The notes under the pieces were generated by a model. It did not search any database, was not told the DNA's origin, and saw only the letters and a list, made by a program, of their open reading frames with translations. A program made the translations under genes and the position numbers. A stretch of DNA of 61,707 nt, filler included, from Stramenopiles sp. TOSAG23-3 (taxonomy: Eukaryota): assembly GCA_900128585.1 (NCBI GenBank). It is 41 parts of 41 records of this genome, joined end to end, with 100 filler letters (N's around TTAATTAATTAA, not from the genome) between each part and the next. Parts side by side here need not be neighbours in the genome. Positions count along the whole stretch, not along the records: positions 12,085 to 13,188 come from LT646479.1; positions 13,289 to 14,391 come from LT646480.1; positions 14,492 to 15,594 come from LT646481.1; positions 15,695 to 16,797 come from LT646482.1; positions 16,898 to 18,000 come from LT646483.1; positions 18,101 to 19,202 come from LT646484.1; positions 19,303 to 20,403 come from LT646485.1; positions 20,504 to 21,604 come from LT646486.1; 33 more parts are not named here. One strand, 5' to 3'. Positions 12,330 through 23,624 of this stretch are shown here, in pieces. Each line of letters begins with the position of its first letter. Position 1 is the stretch's first letter.

Positions 12330-12385
12330 TACAGTTCTTGACCGCACTTCCTAGACGACTCCTAAAAGTGCGGTCAAGAACTGTA
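12330..12385. mobile_element. 52-bp miniature inverted-repeat element with CAGT...ACTG ends and TA flanks (Tc1/mariner-type MITE remnant)
   Basis: TA-CAGTTCTTGACCGCACTT-(16 nt)-AAGTGCGGTCAAGAACTG-TA; perfect 20-bp arms at 12330-12349 and 12366-12385. Confidence 0.6.
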
Positions 12386-12692
12386 GTCTAATATAGAGTT
12401 CGTAGTTAGATAATTTCCCTCTATTATTATGCCACCATGATGAATAATGATGATGATATTATAATGCAAAGAATAATAAATAAATAATAATAATAATTGA
12501 TGAAGAAGACGAAGAGGAGGACGCAATAATGATAATAATGCCAGTGAATGCTTTCGTTTCAGAAGGTATTTCTAGTTTTTTACTGTACCAGTTATTCAAA
12601 ATTTGGAATCGTCTAAAATAACTTATATTGAGCCGATACCTTTGTTGAAACAAAAACATTTACGATAGGTGTTTCGTAATCGGACATGTGGC

Positions 12693-13188
12693 ATGGCGAA
12701 AAGTAACTTTTTTCAATCTTACTATATTGATCCCACCGGGGCGCGATGGGAAGTTCCACAGATTTCTGAAGAAAACCAACGCTCCTTTATAAGAAGTGTG
12801 CTCGAGCTTCCGGACCAACGGCCTCGCACGACTGTCCACGATACAGTAGAAGACGATGTGGATGATGAAGTCCTCGAAAATGATAATGTCAGTGCTTCTG
12901 CGCAAAAATTAATCGCGAAATTAAAGGAACAAGTCGAAAGCCTAACCAAAGAGCTAAAAGATGCCAAAACCACACCCGAAAAGCCGGCGACATCTCAATT
13001 GACACCTTCCTCAACCCCGACCGAGCCACAGACTAAACAACAAATAGCACGAGTAGACACAAAAATCAAAAAGTTGTTAACAACGAAGACTTATAACCCT
13101 CCATTGAAAGAGGACGAGCGTTTTGTAAAGTATTTCAAAATGCTTGCAGTAGGATTGCCAAAGGGTGCTGTACAAAATCGAATGACAA
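12693..13188 (+). CDS. Protein with CCDC53/WASHC3-like helical domain, 3' truncated
   Basis: Coiled coil, then PLKEDERFVKYFKMLAVGLPKGAVQNRM, the CCDC53-type motif also repeated in some protist formins. Confidence 0.75.
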
Positions 13189-13289
13189 NNNNNNNNNNNN
13201 NNNNNNNNNNNNNNNNNNNNNNNNNNNNNNNNTTAATTAATTAANNNNNNNNNNNNNNNNNNNNNNNNNNNNNNNNNNNNNNNNNNNNG

Positions 13290-14177
13290 GGGGGGGGGGG
13301 GGGCAGCTCGTCGCAGTCGGGCCCGCTTCGGGAAGAAAGCAGTTGTGTCGCACGTGTCAGCGGTGCGGCGACTAGAAGTGAAACGAACAAAGTCGTGCTA
13401 TGGAAGACGTTCCGTGATTTTTTTCTCCAAAACAGTAGTGGCAAAGGCGCAACCCCCGCCGATGGCAACCAAAACATCAGTGGTGCACTGACCGACGCCA
13501 GCTTTGCCGTCGACGTCTTTCTCGACGAATCCACTGGATTTCCATTCGATCTTCGGCACCCCGACCCCATGGCCCTTTGCCAAATAAAGTTTCCCAGGGA
13601 GGCAAACGATGAGGCCGCCTTGACGTCTTTTTCAAAAGGGCAGGCGCGCGTCGTCAGAGTCGTAGAGCAAGGGAGCCTTGAAGAGTTGAGAAACTACCAG
13701 CAACAGCAGAGGGAAAAACGGCGTTTGGCGAAGCAAGAATTGCTGAATAAGCAGGGAGAAACTGCTACCGCTGGCACGCCCTCCCAAGTGGTGATAGGGG
13801 CTCCAAGAAATCGGTTTGAGATCAGCGTTCACCCGCTGATCAGGCAGAGAAACGCCCCCTTTGAGAGTCGTGACAGATTCTTTACTCCAGCATCGGGGAC
13901 CGTTCCCGTTCGCACGAAACCATTTCAGAAAGGTGTGGGAAGCGCAAACTTGAAGGCTGCCGCGTCCACCAGCGCGACAGACGCTGCCAGTGGGGTGAAT
14001 AAAATAACCAAATGGTTCGAACCGAAAGAGAAAGAATGTCCTGAATCAGAAGATGATGTGAAACCGAAGGAGCAAGTCGAAGCTCAAAAGAAAATACAAG
14101 AAGGTGATGCGTCTTTATATTTGTCCCTTTTTGAGTATTGTGAAAATGAAAATATGAAAGAAGAAGCGTGCCCTTGA
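13290..14177 (+). CDS. Hypothetical protein, C-terminal part
   Basis: Frame open from contig start to TGA; AT-rich DNA follows. Confidence 0.65.
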   Translation, partial: GGGGGSSSQSGPLREESSCVARVSGAATRSETNKVVLWKTFRDFFLQNSSGKGATPADGNQNISGALTDASFAVDVFLDESTGFPFDLRHPDPMALCQIKFPREANDEAALTSFSKGQARVVRVVEQGSLEELRNYQQQQREKRRLAKQELLNKQGETATAGTPSQVVIGAPRNRFEISVHPLIRQRNAPFESRDRFFTPASGTVPVRTKPFQKGVGSANLKAAASTSATDAASGVNKITKWFEPKEKECPESEDDVKPKEQVEAQKKIQEGDASLYLSLFEYCENENMKEEACP

Positions 14178-14313
14178 TCTTTTGTTGGTAAAATTATCTT
14201 CTTCGTGTACCGCGGGTACATGTTGGTAAAATTTTATTTTTTAAATATTTAATTTGTTTTTGCTTCCGTCCAATTATATAATAAAATAAATTTGTATTAG
14301 TTGTTTTCTTTGT

Positions 14314-14391
14314 GGGAAGCTGGGAAGCTGGGAAGCTGGGAAGCTGGGAAGCTGGGAAGCTGGGAAGCTGGGAAGCTGGGAAGCTGGGAAG
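14314..14391. repeat. (GGGAAGCT)n octamer tandem repeat at contig end
   Basis: About 10 perfect copies read directly. Confidence 0.95.
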
Positions 14392-14491
14392 NNNNNNNNN
14401 NNNNNNNNNNNNNNNNNNNNNNNNNNNNNNNNNNNTTAATTAATTAANNNNNNNNNNNNNNNNNNNNNNNNNNNNNNNNNNNNNNNNNNNN

Positions 14492-15515
14492 TCCCCGTCG
14501 GAGCTACGCATAGTAACCCCAGACGCCAGCTTTTTGTGCCGCCCTTCCTTTTCTCGCTTTTCTTTGGACGGCAACCACACTGCCCCATCGAACTTCTTCT
14601 GCAAATAGGATTTATGGATCGATATTGGGTGTAAGACATCTTCTTCTTCGGGAAGTACTGAAGTGCCCCAGCCGGTCTGTTTCGGCCTTTTCAAGAAGAT
14701 TTCTCCCCCAACACCAACACCACTACCAATCACGCCACTGCCTACCTCATCCACCGTGCCCTCCCCGTACAAGTCTCCGACCTGGGTATCTGTAAAGTCT
14801 GAAGATTTAAAACTGGAAGATGCTAAATCAACGTATTGACGCGGGCATCGAAATTGCATTAAATTGTCAGGGCCCAAAAATATTTCGTCCCACCACGTTA
14901 TTGCACCGTGCCAGTTGTACAGCCCAATGGCCCCAAACGACTCCGCAATAAACTTTTGCTCAAACACCAGTTCGACATCGTTCAACCGAATCGAATAAAT
15001 GCGACACATGGTATCAGGGCATATCCCCGGCCTCTTCTGCATGTTCCAGTCCACCTCTATGTCTACTTTGTACCAACGGTCTTTATCCACGCCCGTCCAA
15101 AAGTCTTTCCCAGGCCAACCGCCTGGGTTTGCATCGTGGGTGAACTTTCCATCAAGTAGCGCCACGCCAATGGCTACCGGCAAATACATGTCCCCCCGGG
15201 TGTCCTTCCAGCCGGTTTTGGTTGCGTTCACTACGGGAATTTGGTCATTGCTGGGCAAAGCCTTACCTTGAGGGTTCGTGCTGTTGCCTACACCAATTTT
15301 CCCCGTGAAGTTGGTCGTATTAGTACCGCTTTCCGTGGCCGTTGCATGCAGCGCAAAGTATCCCCCCCAATTACTATTGATGTCACCAGATGTAAATCCG
15401 CCAACTTTCATGTAGTACGTAATTCTTGTGGGCCTTGAGTTCGGGGGTAGTTTATACCACGGCCCATCCAGACGGCGAGGTGTATGCTTTAGGACTCTGG
15501 CGGAGGTGTTGGTAA
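14492..15515 (-). CDS. Hypothetical beta-rich protein fragment (possibly concanavalin-like)
   Basis: Long open frame; RWYKVDIEVDW...YSIRLND...IGLYNW...WWDEIFL. The contig's last 79 bp are an inverted copy of its first 79 bp. Confidence 0.55.
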
Positions 15516-15694
15516 CGTCCAAAGAAAAGCGAGAAAAGGAAGGGCGGCACAAAAAGCTGGCGTCTGGGGTTACTATGCGTAGCTCCGACGGGGANNNNNN
15601 NNNNNNNNNNNNNNNNNNNNNNNNNNNNNNNNNNNNNNTTAATTAATTAANNNNNNNNNNNNNNNNNNNNNNNNNNNNNNNNNNNNNNNNNNNN

Positions 15695-15946
15695 CCGCCC
15701 GGCCACAAATGCCTGTCCAAGAAAGACGTCGGCATAACGGTTAAACTTTACAACAAAATGAAGGACGTGAAAACTGTAGATAGACTGAATCCACCCGTCG
15801 AGTACGAATGGTACACTCCGAGGAAAGTCGAACGTTGGCTTATTGCAGAGACTGGGGGTGGCAAAAACCTTTATGCCACGCTCAATAGGATGCAACAATT
15901 GATCCAAGAAAATTTTGAAAAACGAGCCAGCTGTAAAGTCATGTAA
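15695..15946 (+). CDS. C-terminal fragment ending in a CaaX prenylation motif (CKVM)
   Basis: Open from contig start; ends ...KRASCKVM-TAA. Confidence 0.6.
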   Translation, partial: PPGHKCLSKKDVGITVKLYNKMKDVKTVDRLNPPVEYEWYTPRKVERWLIAETGGGKNLYATLNRMQQLIQENFEKRASCKVM

Positions 15947-16203
15947 GAAAGAAGGAGGTAGGTGGCGCGGTCGTACAAAAAGCAAAGTCAAAGCAAAAGC
16001 GTCGCGGCTCAAAACGTGTCCAATGCGCCACCCTGTTAGCTCTTAAAAATTAGAGAGAGTGGCCTCTCATCTCTTTCCTTGGGAGCGCGACTTCGGGGCG
16101 TCCATTTTAACTTTAGCTTTTGAACAGGGTACGCGAAACCATAAATGTCTTTTCTTTTTAAACCACACAAAAGCAAAAAATCGGTTGTTAGGGTATGAGG
16201 ACG

Positions 16204-16316
16204 CTAAATTTAATTACTTTATAAAATAACAGCCAATTTTCTTGTTTTTTAATTTTTTAAAATTTAAAATTTATCGTCCTCGTGTGCCGCGAAAATGAAT
16301 CTGCTCCTTTTTGTCC
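16204..16316. repeat. Dispersed 3'-intergenic element copy 1 (module A on minus 16204-16250, module B on plus 16282-16316)
   Basis: Reverse complement gives AAAACAAGAAAATTGGCTGTTATTTTATAAAGTAATTAAATTTAG; plus strand has GCCGCGAAAATGAATCTGCTCCTTTTTGTCC. Confidence 0.85.
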
Positions 16317-16615
16317 TCCCATCATTTTAAAAAGGTTTGTCTTTGCTTTGGGCTTTTCGTCTTGACGTTCCTTTTAGAGTCTTCGGTATCAGTGCCCAGA
16401 TATGTACTCCATGCGTGGTCCGAATCGGTGTCATAGGTGAATTTGCTTCCATGGCACAGACATTTTGCATTTAAAAATTAGCCCCAATCAATTGGAATTT
16501 TGACCAGAACTTGGGGAGGATCTGCAATAGGAGGAGATATTGTTCTTGAACTGACGGCACCTTCTTTTTTCTTATCGTCCCACTTGCCCAACACGCATGG
16601 GCCGGGCCATCAACC

Positions 16616-16795
16616 CTACGGTTTGGGCGGTGGCGGGGGGGGGATTGCTTCTGCATTGTCCAAAGGCGAGACTTTTGGTTTATTTAATTTAGGGTCGTAA
16701 CAAATCCATCCGCAGAACTTGCCGCATTTCGAACGCTTTCTTAAGATAGGGATAAGCGCACACGCCAAAACCGCCCCCGTTGCTACGATGGCTAT
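16616..16795 (-). CDS. C-terminus of a single-pass membrane protein (not in ORF track)
   Basis: IAIVATGAVLACALIPILRKRSKCGKFCGWICYDPK...PPPPPKP-TAG; coding-like sequence continues in frame past the stop to 16322. Confidence 0.5.
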   Translation of the reverse strand: MAIVATGAVLACALIPILRKRSKCGKFCGWICYDPKLNKPKVSPLDNAEAIPPPPPPKP

Positions 16796-16898
16796 TCNNN
16801 NNNNNNNNNNNNNNNNNNNNNNNNNNNNNNNNNNNNNNNNNTTAATTAATTAANNNNNNNNNNNNNNNNNNNNNNNNNNNNNNNNNNNNNNNNNNNNG

Positions 16899-18000
16899 TA
16901 CGATGGCACCACGCACGGCGCCGACAAATACGTAACCCCAACCAATTGTACATCCAACCCCTGCACCGTCAGCCCCTTCACCGGGGACTGCTACGCAAGC
17001 ACCTCCCCAAACCAGGGCGTTCTCTGCAACTATACCGACCCGTTCGCCTGTCCGACGGGATCTTACAACCATTTTGTTTCGACATCGTTGCTGCCACCAT
17101 TGGCAACGCCGTGCAGCAAGTGCGCTGGGCACATGCAGGTAGAGATGTCGTCGGGGACGGCTGGATTATATGTTTCCTCGGGAGGGGACCAGTGCGTCAA
17201 CTGCCCTGCGGGGAAGGACAACAGCGATGGGAGTGGCGGGTGCGATGAGTGCGGGGCTGGACAATACTCTCCGGCGGCTGGAACGGCGTGCAGCAATTGC
17301 ACCGGGCATAATCAGGTGGAGGCGGGAACGGCAGGGGTGTATGTTTTGTCTGGGGGAAGTAGCTGTGAAAGCTGCAAGGTGGGGAAAGACAACAGCGATG
17401 GGAGCGGCGGGTGCGATGAGTGCTTGCCCGGATACTTTTCCGCTAGTTCGGGAACTAAATGCAAATTTTGCCCAGCGGGAAACACGACCGAAAAGCTAGC
17501 TTCCTCAGGAGCTACCATGTGCGGGGCTTGCAACACCGGCAAGTTTTCAAACGACTCCATGGTCACATGCACAGACTGCATCCCTGGAACTTACGCGGAT
17601 GTTAAAGGGCAGAGGAAGTGTACACGATGCGCTGCAGGAATGCACACCAGAAACGAATCTGCATCCGAAAATTGCCAATCTTGTCAACAGGGTCAGTATG
17701 CAGCACTTCAAGGGCAAGCAATTTGTACTAGTTGTGTAGTTGGTAAGTACAGCACTGAAAACGGTGCTAAACTTGAAAATGTTTGCAAAATTTGTGGGAA
17801 AGGGACATACCAAAACGCAACGGGCCAAACAACGTGTGAAAGCTGCACTGCTGGACGATACCTTATTGATGATAAGGCTAATGCGACACTTCACGATAGT
17901 GTGGAGGATTGTGTAGCGTGTGAGAAAGGACAGTATAATCAATTGAAAGCTTCTCATGGTTGCCAAATATGTGCGAAAGGGACATACCAAGACGCAACGG
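16899..18000 (+). CDS. Cys-rich GCC2_GCC3 / ephrin-receptor-like repeat surface protein, internal fragment
   Basis: Repeated C..C.AG.Y/F...G...C..C units; internal duplication around GKDNSDGSGGCDEC. Confidence 0.85.
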
Positions 18001-18372
18001 NNNNNNNNNNNNNNNNNNNNNNNNNNNNNNNNNNNNNNNNNNNNTTAATTAATTAANNNNNNNNNNNNNNNNNNNNNNNNNNNNNNNNNNNNNNNNNNNN
18101 CCGTTCAAGAACCCAAACTCCTCCTTGTTCCAGAATAAGACTTCTGGTATTCATCATTCAAACTATCATAAAATTGTTTGAGACAGCGGCTATTATTGTT
18201 TTATTGGAATGCCTGTTTGTATAGTATAAAATATTTTTTGTAATTTAAGAATTATCTTATTCAGAACTCCTTTTAAAAAAATAATTTAATTAACGCAGAC
18301 GCGCGTCTTTTAAACACGTTAACATGAAGCGGATTTACCATGCACTACTATCATACGCTTATTATTTTAACA

Positions 18373-19202
18373 TTACGGAGCTTTGAGTTTACCTTGGGCA
18401 ATGACCAAATCCAAAGCACCGATAAGTTTCAACATGCTGGTTTGGAGCGCTAGTTCTTCTTTCACGCGTTTGTTTAATTTGTAGATCAAATTATCTATCG
18501 AAGGACTTTGTCCTAAAACATTTGAGTATATTCCCACTAGTTCTGTACACACACCAATCAAAAGTTTACTGTAGCGTGGGTTGGAAATGTACTTGATCAA
18601 AAACGACATGACTGGCTCGAGCGCGACGTCGTCCCGCCCCGAAAGCGCCGTGTTGAGCGCCCCCCTTGCGACGAGCTCCTCCAGCATGCTTGCAACGACA
18701 GCCGGGTGGCGAGTGGCCAAGACAGCGTCTAGTGCGCCCCTGTGGTTGAACTGCTTCAGCAGCTTGTCGTACGGCTGAAGCCGCTTCTTTCGGCGAACCT
18801 CCACGAGAAAATCGTCAGCGGCAGCCTTGGCGTTCTTCCCACGGGAAATGAAGCGGAAGGTTCCCCCAAACATTCGCGGGCCCTCATGGCGCGGTTTCTT
18901 AAACTGGCTGATGGCCTTCATCATCGCCTCCTCCGGGTCCAGGAGGCAATCGTCTATGTCGTCCAGGCCACTGTTCTGTTTAAGCTCCCGGCTGCGAATG
19001 GACAACGTCCCGTCGCTCATGCCGACCACCAGGCGGGAGTTGTTCGGGGAGACGGCCAGGGAGAGGATGGGCCGCTCGAACTTGATCCCGTGCGCTACCC
19101 CGTACGTCTTGATGTCGTGTATCTTTACGTGGCCGTCCAGCCCTCCAGACAACAGCCGCTTCGACGTCCCATCCAAACATAGCGATGTGATCGTCTTCTG
19201 GT
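18373..19202 (-). CDS. UTP15: U3 snoRNA-associated protein 15, C-terminal part
   Basis: WD40 (RLLSGGLDGHVKIHD, LVVGMSDGTLSIR) plus UTP15_C motifs (LQPYDKLLKQF...ALDAVL, ALSGRDD..LEP). Confidence 0.9.
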
Positions 19203-19302
19203 NNNNNNNNNNNNNNNNNNNNNNNNNNNNNNNNNNNNNNNNNNNNTTAATTAATTAANNNNNNNNNNNNNNNNNNNNNNNNNNNNNNNNNNNNNNNNNN
19301 NN

Positions 19303-20050
19303 TCTTCGAATCCTTGAACCACGCGCCGTCCCTGTCCTTGCTGTCCACGGCCATGTACTGACCAAGTATTTTCTTCTCCGCGCATATCGAAATGATTTCA
19401 TTGTCCATTAATTTGTTCTGCTTTTGTATATGCGAAATCATGTTGCAGAGTCTATTTTTCCCCCTCTTGCTCTCAACAATGTCCCGTTCAATTGCAGAGT
19501 GCAGCTGGTGGCTGTTCCACATGATCAAACTCTCGTGCGCCAGGTCTCGCTCTTGGGCAGCTAGCTGCTGCTCTTTCTTTGACTCGGCAATTACTTGTTG
19601 GCGGTCTGGCAACCAGCCCGACATGTAATCGTACTCTTCTTCCAGCATGGCGTGCGTTTGCTGCCTGGCCTCTAAAATTTTCTCCAGCTGCTCCCGCTCT
19701 TTGCGGGCACCGTTTAATCTTTTCGCTCGAGCTTCCTTTTCAATCGCAGCGAATTGGTTTTGCTTTTCGCAGAGCTCCTTTTCCCTCGATGCTATGTCCG
19801 CTTCCAAAAGCGCCACTTTCGGAATATCGTTGTCGTGCAGCCTCTTCAACTCAAGCTGGGTCTGTTTTGCGTTGTCCGCCAAGGTTGCCAACTCTAACTC
19901 GGCACTTTTATACTCGTCGTATGCGAAAAGACGATCTTGCTGAAGGCTTGAAATCTGCTCTGCCAGGCTCGCACATACCTCTCGCAACGACTGAATTTCC
20001 GTGCGCTGCTCGTAGTGGTCGGTGACCTCCGGAATGTCCGCTAATTCCAT
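19303..20050 (-). CDS. Coiled-coil protein, 3' truncated
   Basis: ATG start; heptad-rich E/K/L/Q composition. Confidence 0.7.
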
Positions 20051-20302
20051 CGATCCGCCTTCAATCCAATCCGACCCAAAGTGAACACTTCACCCTCGAA
20101 CAAAACGTTTAAAAAACAAAACCTACCTATACTTGGATAAAATCGGAGAAACGTTCCGCCAAGAGGAAGAAAGGAAAGAAGGAAAAATGGATATATATCG
20201 AGCAATGATATTAACAGAACAGAAAAATGTTATATGAATTAATAGAAACATGATTGTGATTGGTGTGATTGGATGGATCTATTATTTTTTTATTTAGCTT
20301 TT

Positions 20303-20403
20303 TTCTTCTTCTTTCTTCTTCTTCTTTCTTCTTCTTCTTTCTTCTTCTTCTTCTTCTTCTTCTTCTTCTTCTTCTTCTTTCTTCTTCTTCTTCTTCTTCT
20401 TCT
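20303..20403. repeat. (CTT)n microsatellite at contig end
   Basis: Read directly from sequence. Confidence 0.95.
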
Positions 20404-20567
20404 NNNNNNNNNNNNNNNNNNNNNNNNNNNNNNNNNNNNNNNNNNNNTTAATTAATTAANNNNNNNNNNNNNNNNNNNNNNNNNNNNNNNNNNNNNNNNN
20501 NNNGGCGGGGGGACTCCAGGCTCCTCCAAGTCTAAATTCCGTAAAAGTTTTACCATGGCAGCAGTTT

Positions 20568-21604
20568 TTGACTTTCGCCGCTAGGGACGACATTAGCATA
20601 GACGAGCTGTCGCGTTTGCTCGTTGACGTTCACCAAGACTCGTCCCAGATTATGGACGATCTGCTGACTCCTTTTCAGCGGATACTATTAGACGTCGTCT
20701 ATTCTGGGGACACGGAGAATCGACCAAAGTACAACATGCTTCTCTGCGAAAGCATCAGCCCACTTTTGCCCGGACCGAAGTACATAGATAGAAGCGAAAG
20801 AGAGTGTGAACTAAAGCAAGTGTTGGGCGACTTGCTGTCCTCCGATAGACTTGATCACGACCACTTGATACTTAGGGGGCGAGGGGGTTGCCTGTTTGCA
20901 GGGCCGCGCGCCAAAGATTACGACTTTTTGCTTGTCTTCTACCTCCAGCTGATGTCCTTGGACACATTTTTAAAGTGTTACTTTTCGCGAACCTTTCGGA
21001 CTGACGTTTCGATAACGGCGTGTTACGAGCTGGCAAACGTAGTTGCCCACGATCCAAACAACTTGGCAACGCTCAGGGACCGGCTAAGCCTCATATCGAA
21101 AGAAATCATCCTGTTGAAAGCCCTTTTGGATTTCATGCAAGTTTCCCATGGAAATATGGAGCTCCCGAAAGAGCCTGACCCCGATGACGACCGTCTGGGG
21201 CAGCGCGTCTCTGAGGTGCTGGATTTGAAATCGTTTCACCACGATTTAGGGCTTCGTTTGGTCGACCTGGACAAATTGATCGCGGGAGCAGACTCGAAGG
21301 TTCAGATATTGACTCAAACGTCCAACTCGTTGACCCGAAAAGCAATGGCAGAAACGGTTGACAACATAGACGTAAACTTTTCGTGCCTTGTCGGTGCGGT
21401 AAAAGCGGATGAGCGGGGGGCCATTGCCACGGAAATTATGAACATCATTTTTGCCGGAAGTTTCTGTTTGGACATTGTCGATAGGCTAAGTGGGGACGAT
21501 ACTATTGGTAGCGATGGGACGGACGGTGCAGACGGTACTCTGAAATGGGTGCCAGAACTTGTGATGCCGGTGTTGAAGTACCCATTCCTCTACTGGTGCC
21601 TCTG
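20568..21604 (+). CDS. Uncharacterised protein fragment with long helices and C-terminal TM segments (CorA-like layout)
   Basis: Long open frame; helical stalk, then EIMNIIFAGSFCLDIVDRLSG and a second hydrophobic segment. No GMN motif seen. Confidence 0.55.
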
Positions 21605-21783
21605 NNNNNNNNNNNNNNNNNNNNNNNNNNNNNNNNNNNNNNNNNNNNTTAATTAATTAANNNNNNNNNNNNNNNNNNNNNNNNNNNNNNNNNNNNNNNN
21701 NNNNCTTACTATCATCACCACCATCACTATGCTTATGTTGTTGTTGTTGTTCATTTTCCCCATCATTATTAGGGTATATATTT

Positions 21784-22805
21784 ATGACTCACAATGGAGG
21801 TATGATAAAAATTCTTGTATTGATAAGCCTGTGAATGAAATTTTTAACAAAGGCAGTGGTATGCCAGGGGCTTTTTGGACCACAACTTACGAAACGGCAA
21901 TGACGCTTAGAAGTAGACAATGCAATGTCACGTCGCAAATATGCAAAGGTCATTCTGACAAAATTGCAACTCAAAACTTTTTTGTAAAGCATGTGGAAAA
22001 GTATTCTTTATCTGCTCAAATTAATGCTGAAGTACCATATTTACAATATGATGGTAGAACAGATAATGCAAAACTTTTTTTCGAAATGCCAAATGGAACC
22101 GTAATTCAAATACATGACACAAATAAACTACTGATTAAACGAAAAATAAGTGAATGGTTAAAATATTTTGGAATCGAAAGTTTAGATACAACTGATATTG
22201 ATGCACTTTATTCCGTCAAGGATTCAAAAGGAAAATGTCGTTATCGAATTGCTGGTTTATCTTTAATCTTTTCTATTGAAGTTCGTAATACAAACGGACC
22301 ATGGGATTATCCAGGCGACGTGTACGTCTTAGTAAAACTTTCCGTTGATAAAAATTGGGCACGTGTAACTTTTAAACCATCACCAACTGCCAGATTAGGA
22401 GAAGCACGAGCAATTGATCATTATGGTATTCGCTGGGTATGGAAAACATTACCAACAAGAGTATATGTATTTTCATGGGAAAAAGGTTTTCTATCTGTTC
22501 TTAATGTAGTTATATTTTTCACGATTATGAATCGTATTGTACATTTAGCTGTATTATATTGTTGCGGTAAACATTCGAAACGTTGGAGAAAAACAGTAGA
22601 GCCGGTTATGCATTATTATGAAGAAGTTGTACAAGTCGTTAAAGAAAGAAGAGTTTCTTTAATAGCACATCATGTAGATCTGAAACAATTTGAAGAAATT
22701 GATTCTGATGATGAAGCATTGGGAGCAAATATATACCCTAATAATGATGGGGAAAATGAACAACAACAACAACATAAGCATAGTGATGGTGGTGATGATA
22801 GTAAG
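21784..22805 (+). CDS. P2X-receptor-like ion channel, partial (first 79 bp of contig are an inverted artefact)
   Basis: FFVKHVEKYSL, RYRIAGLSLIFSIEVRN and RAIDHYGIRWVW, followed by a TM2-like helix FLSVLNVVIFFTIMNRIVHLAVLY, as in protist/algal P2X proteins. Confidence 0.7.
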
Positions 22806-22905
22806 NNNNNNNNNNNNNNNNNNNNNNNNNNNNNNNNNNNNNNNNNNNNTTAATTAATTAANNNNNNNNNNNNNNNNNNNNNNNNNNNNNNNNNNNNNNN
22901 NNNNN

Positions 22906-23563
22906 GAGAGATGTGTACGGGGACCCCAACGGACCGGACGCAAGGTCCAGCGCTAGGTTTCATTACATGCTGTTTAACAATTTGCCAGAGGCGGCAAGAT
23001 TGTATGAGAGCAACATAGAGGCGGCCCTGTTTGCAATTTATTCAAACACCAACGTGGATGATTTCCCGTTCAAAGATCCAGTCGTTCATTCAGGGAAATT
23101 GTACATTGGTGGTAGAGCACGTGGCATGTGGGAAAGGGTACCGTTTCCGACGCAATTGCCAAAGTGGTTGCCAAGAGAAGACTTCATGTACTACGTCGAC
23201 GAGTTTAAGCGGGCAGGGATGGAAGGCGGAATGATGTATTATCGGACGATGGATCTGAACCATAGCATAACCAAACATTTTACACAGCAGAGAATAAGTG
23301 TCCCCGCCATCTTTTTGGGAGGATCGGAAGATGGGGTTGTTAAAGCGTTTGGCGGAAAAGAGAATGTTGGAAAAATATTACAAGAGGCGGTCGAGCATTT
23401 GGAGACCGTGAAATTTTACGACAAGGTTGGTCATTGGATTCAGCAGGAAATACCAGCAGTAGTCAATTCAGATTGTTTAGAATTTTTCGAGCGGCACTTG
23501 CACGAGTTAGCCGGGAGTCGAAAGGGGACGCCAGGAGCTTTTCAATGTGTTAGCAAGCTGTGA
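22906..23563 (+). CDS. Alpha/beta hydrolase, soluble epoxide hydrolase family, C-terminal part
   Basis: WLPREDFMYYVDEF..AGMEGGMMYYR, ISVPAIFLGGSED, GHWIQQEIP (catalytic His motif). Confidence 0.9.
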
Positions 23564-23624
23564 TTAGCTCATAGCTACAGTTCAGGTTTATCTCTCAGAG
23601 AGCCATCACGATAACATTGACACA

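Noticed and set aside
14314-14391. (GGGAAGCT)n as a novel telomeric repeat
   Set aside because: Seen at one contig end only, and many other contigs also break at unrelated microsatellites.
16322-16795. Stop-codon reassignment (alternative genetic code)
   Set aside because: TAA, TAG and TGA each terminate recognisable genes at expected positions (e.g. 37649, 56189, 23563), and conserved genes have no internal stops.
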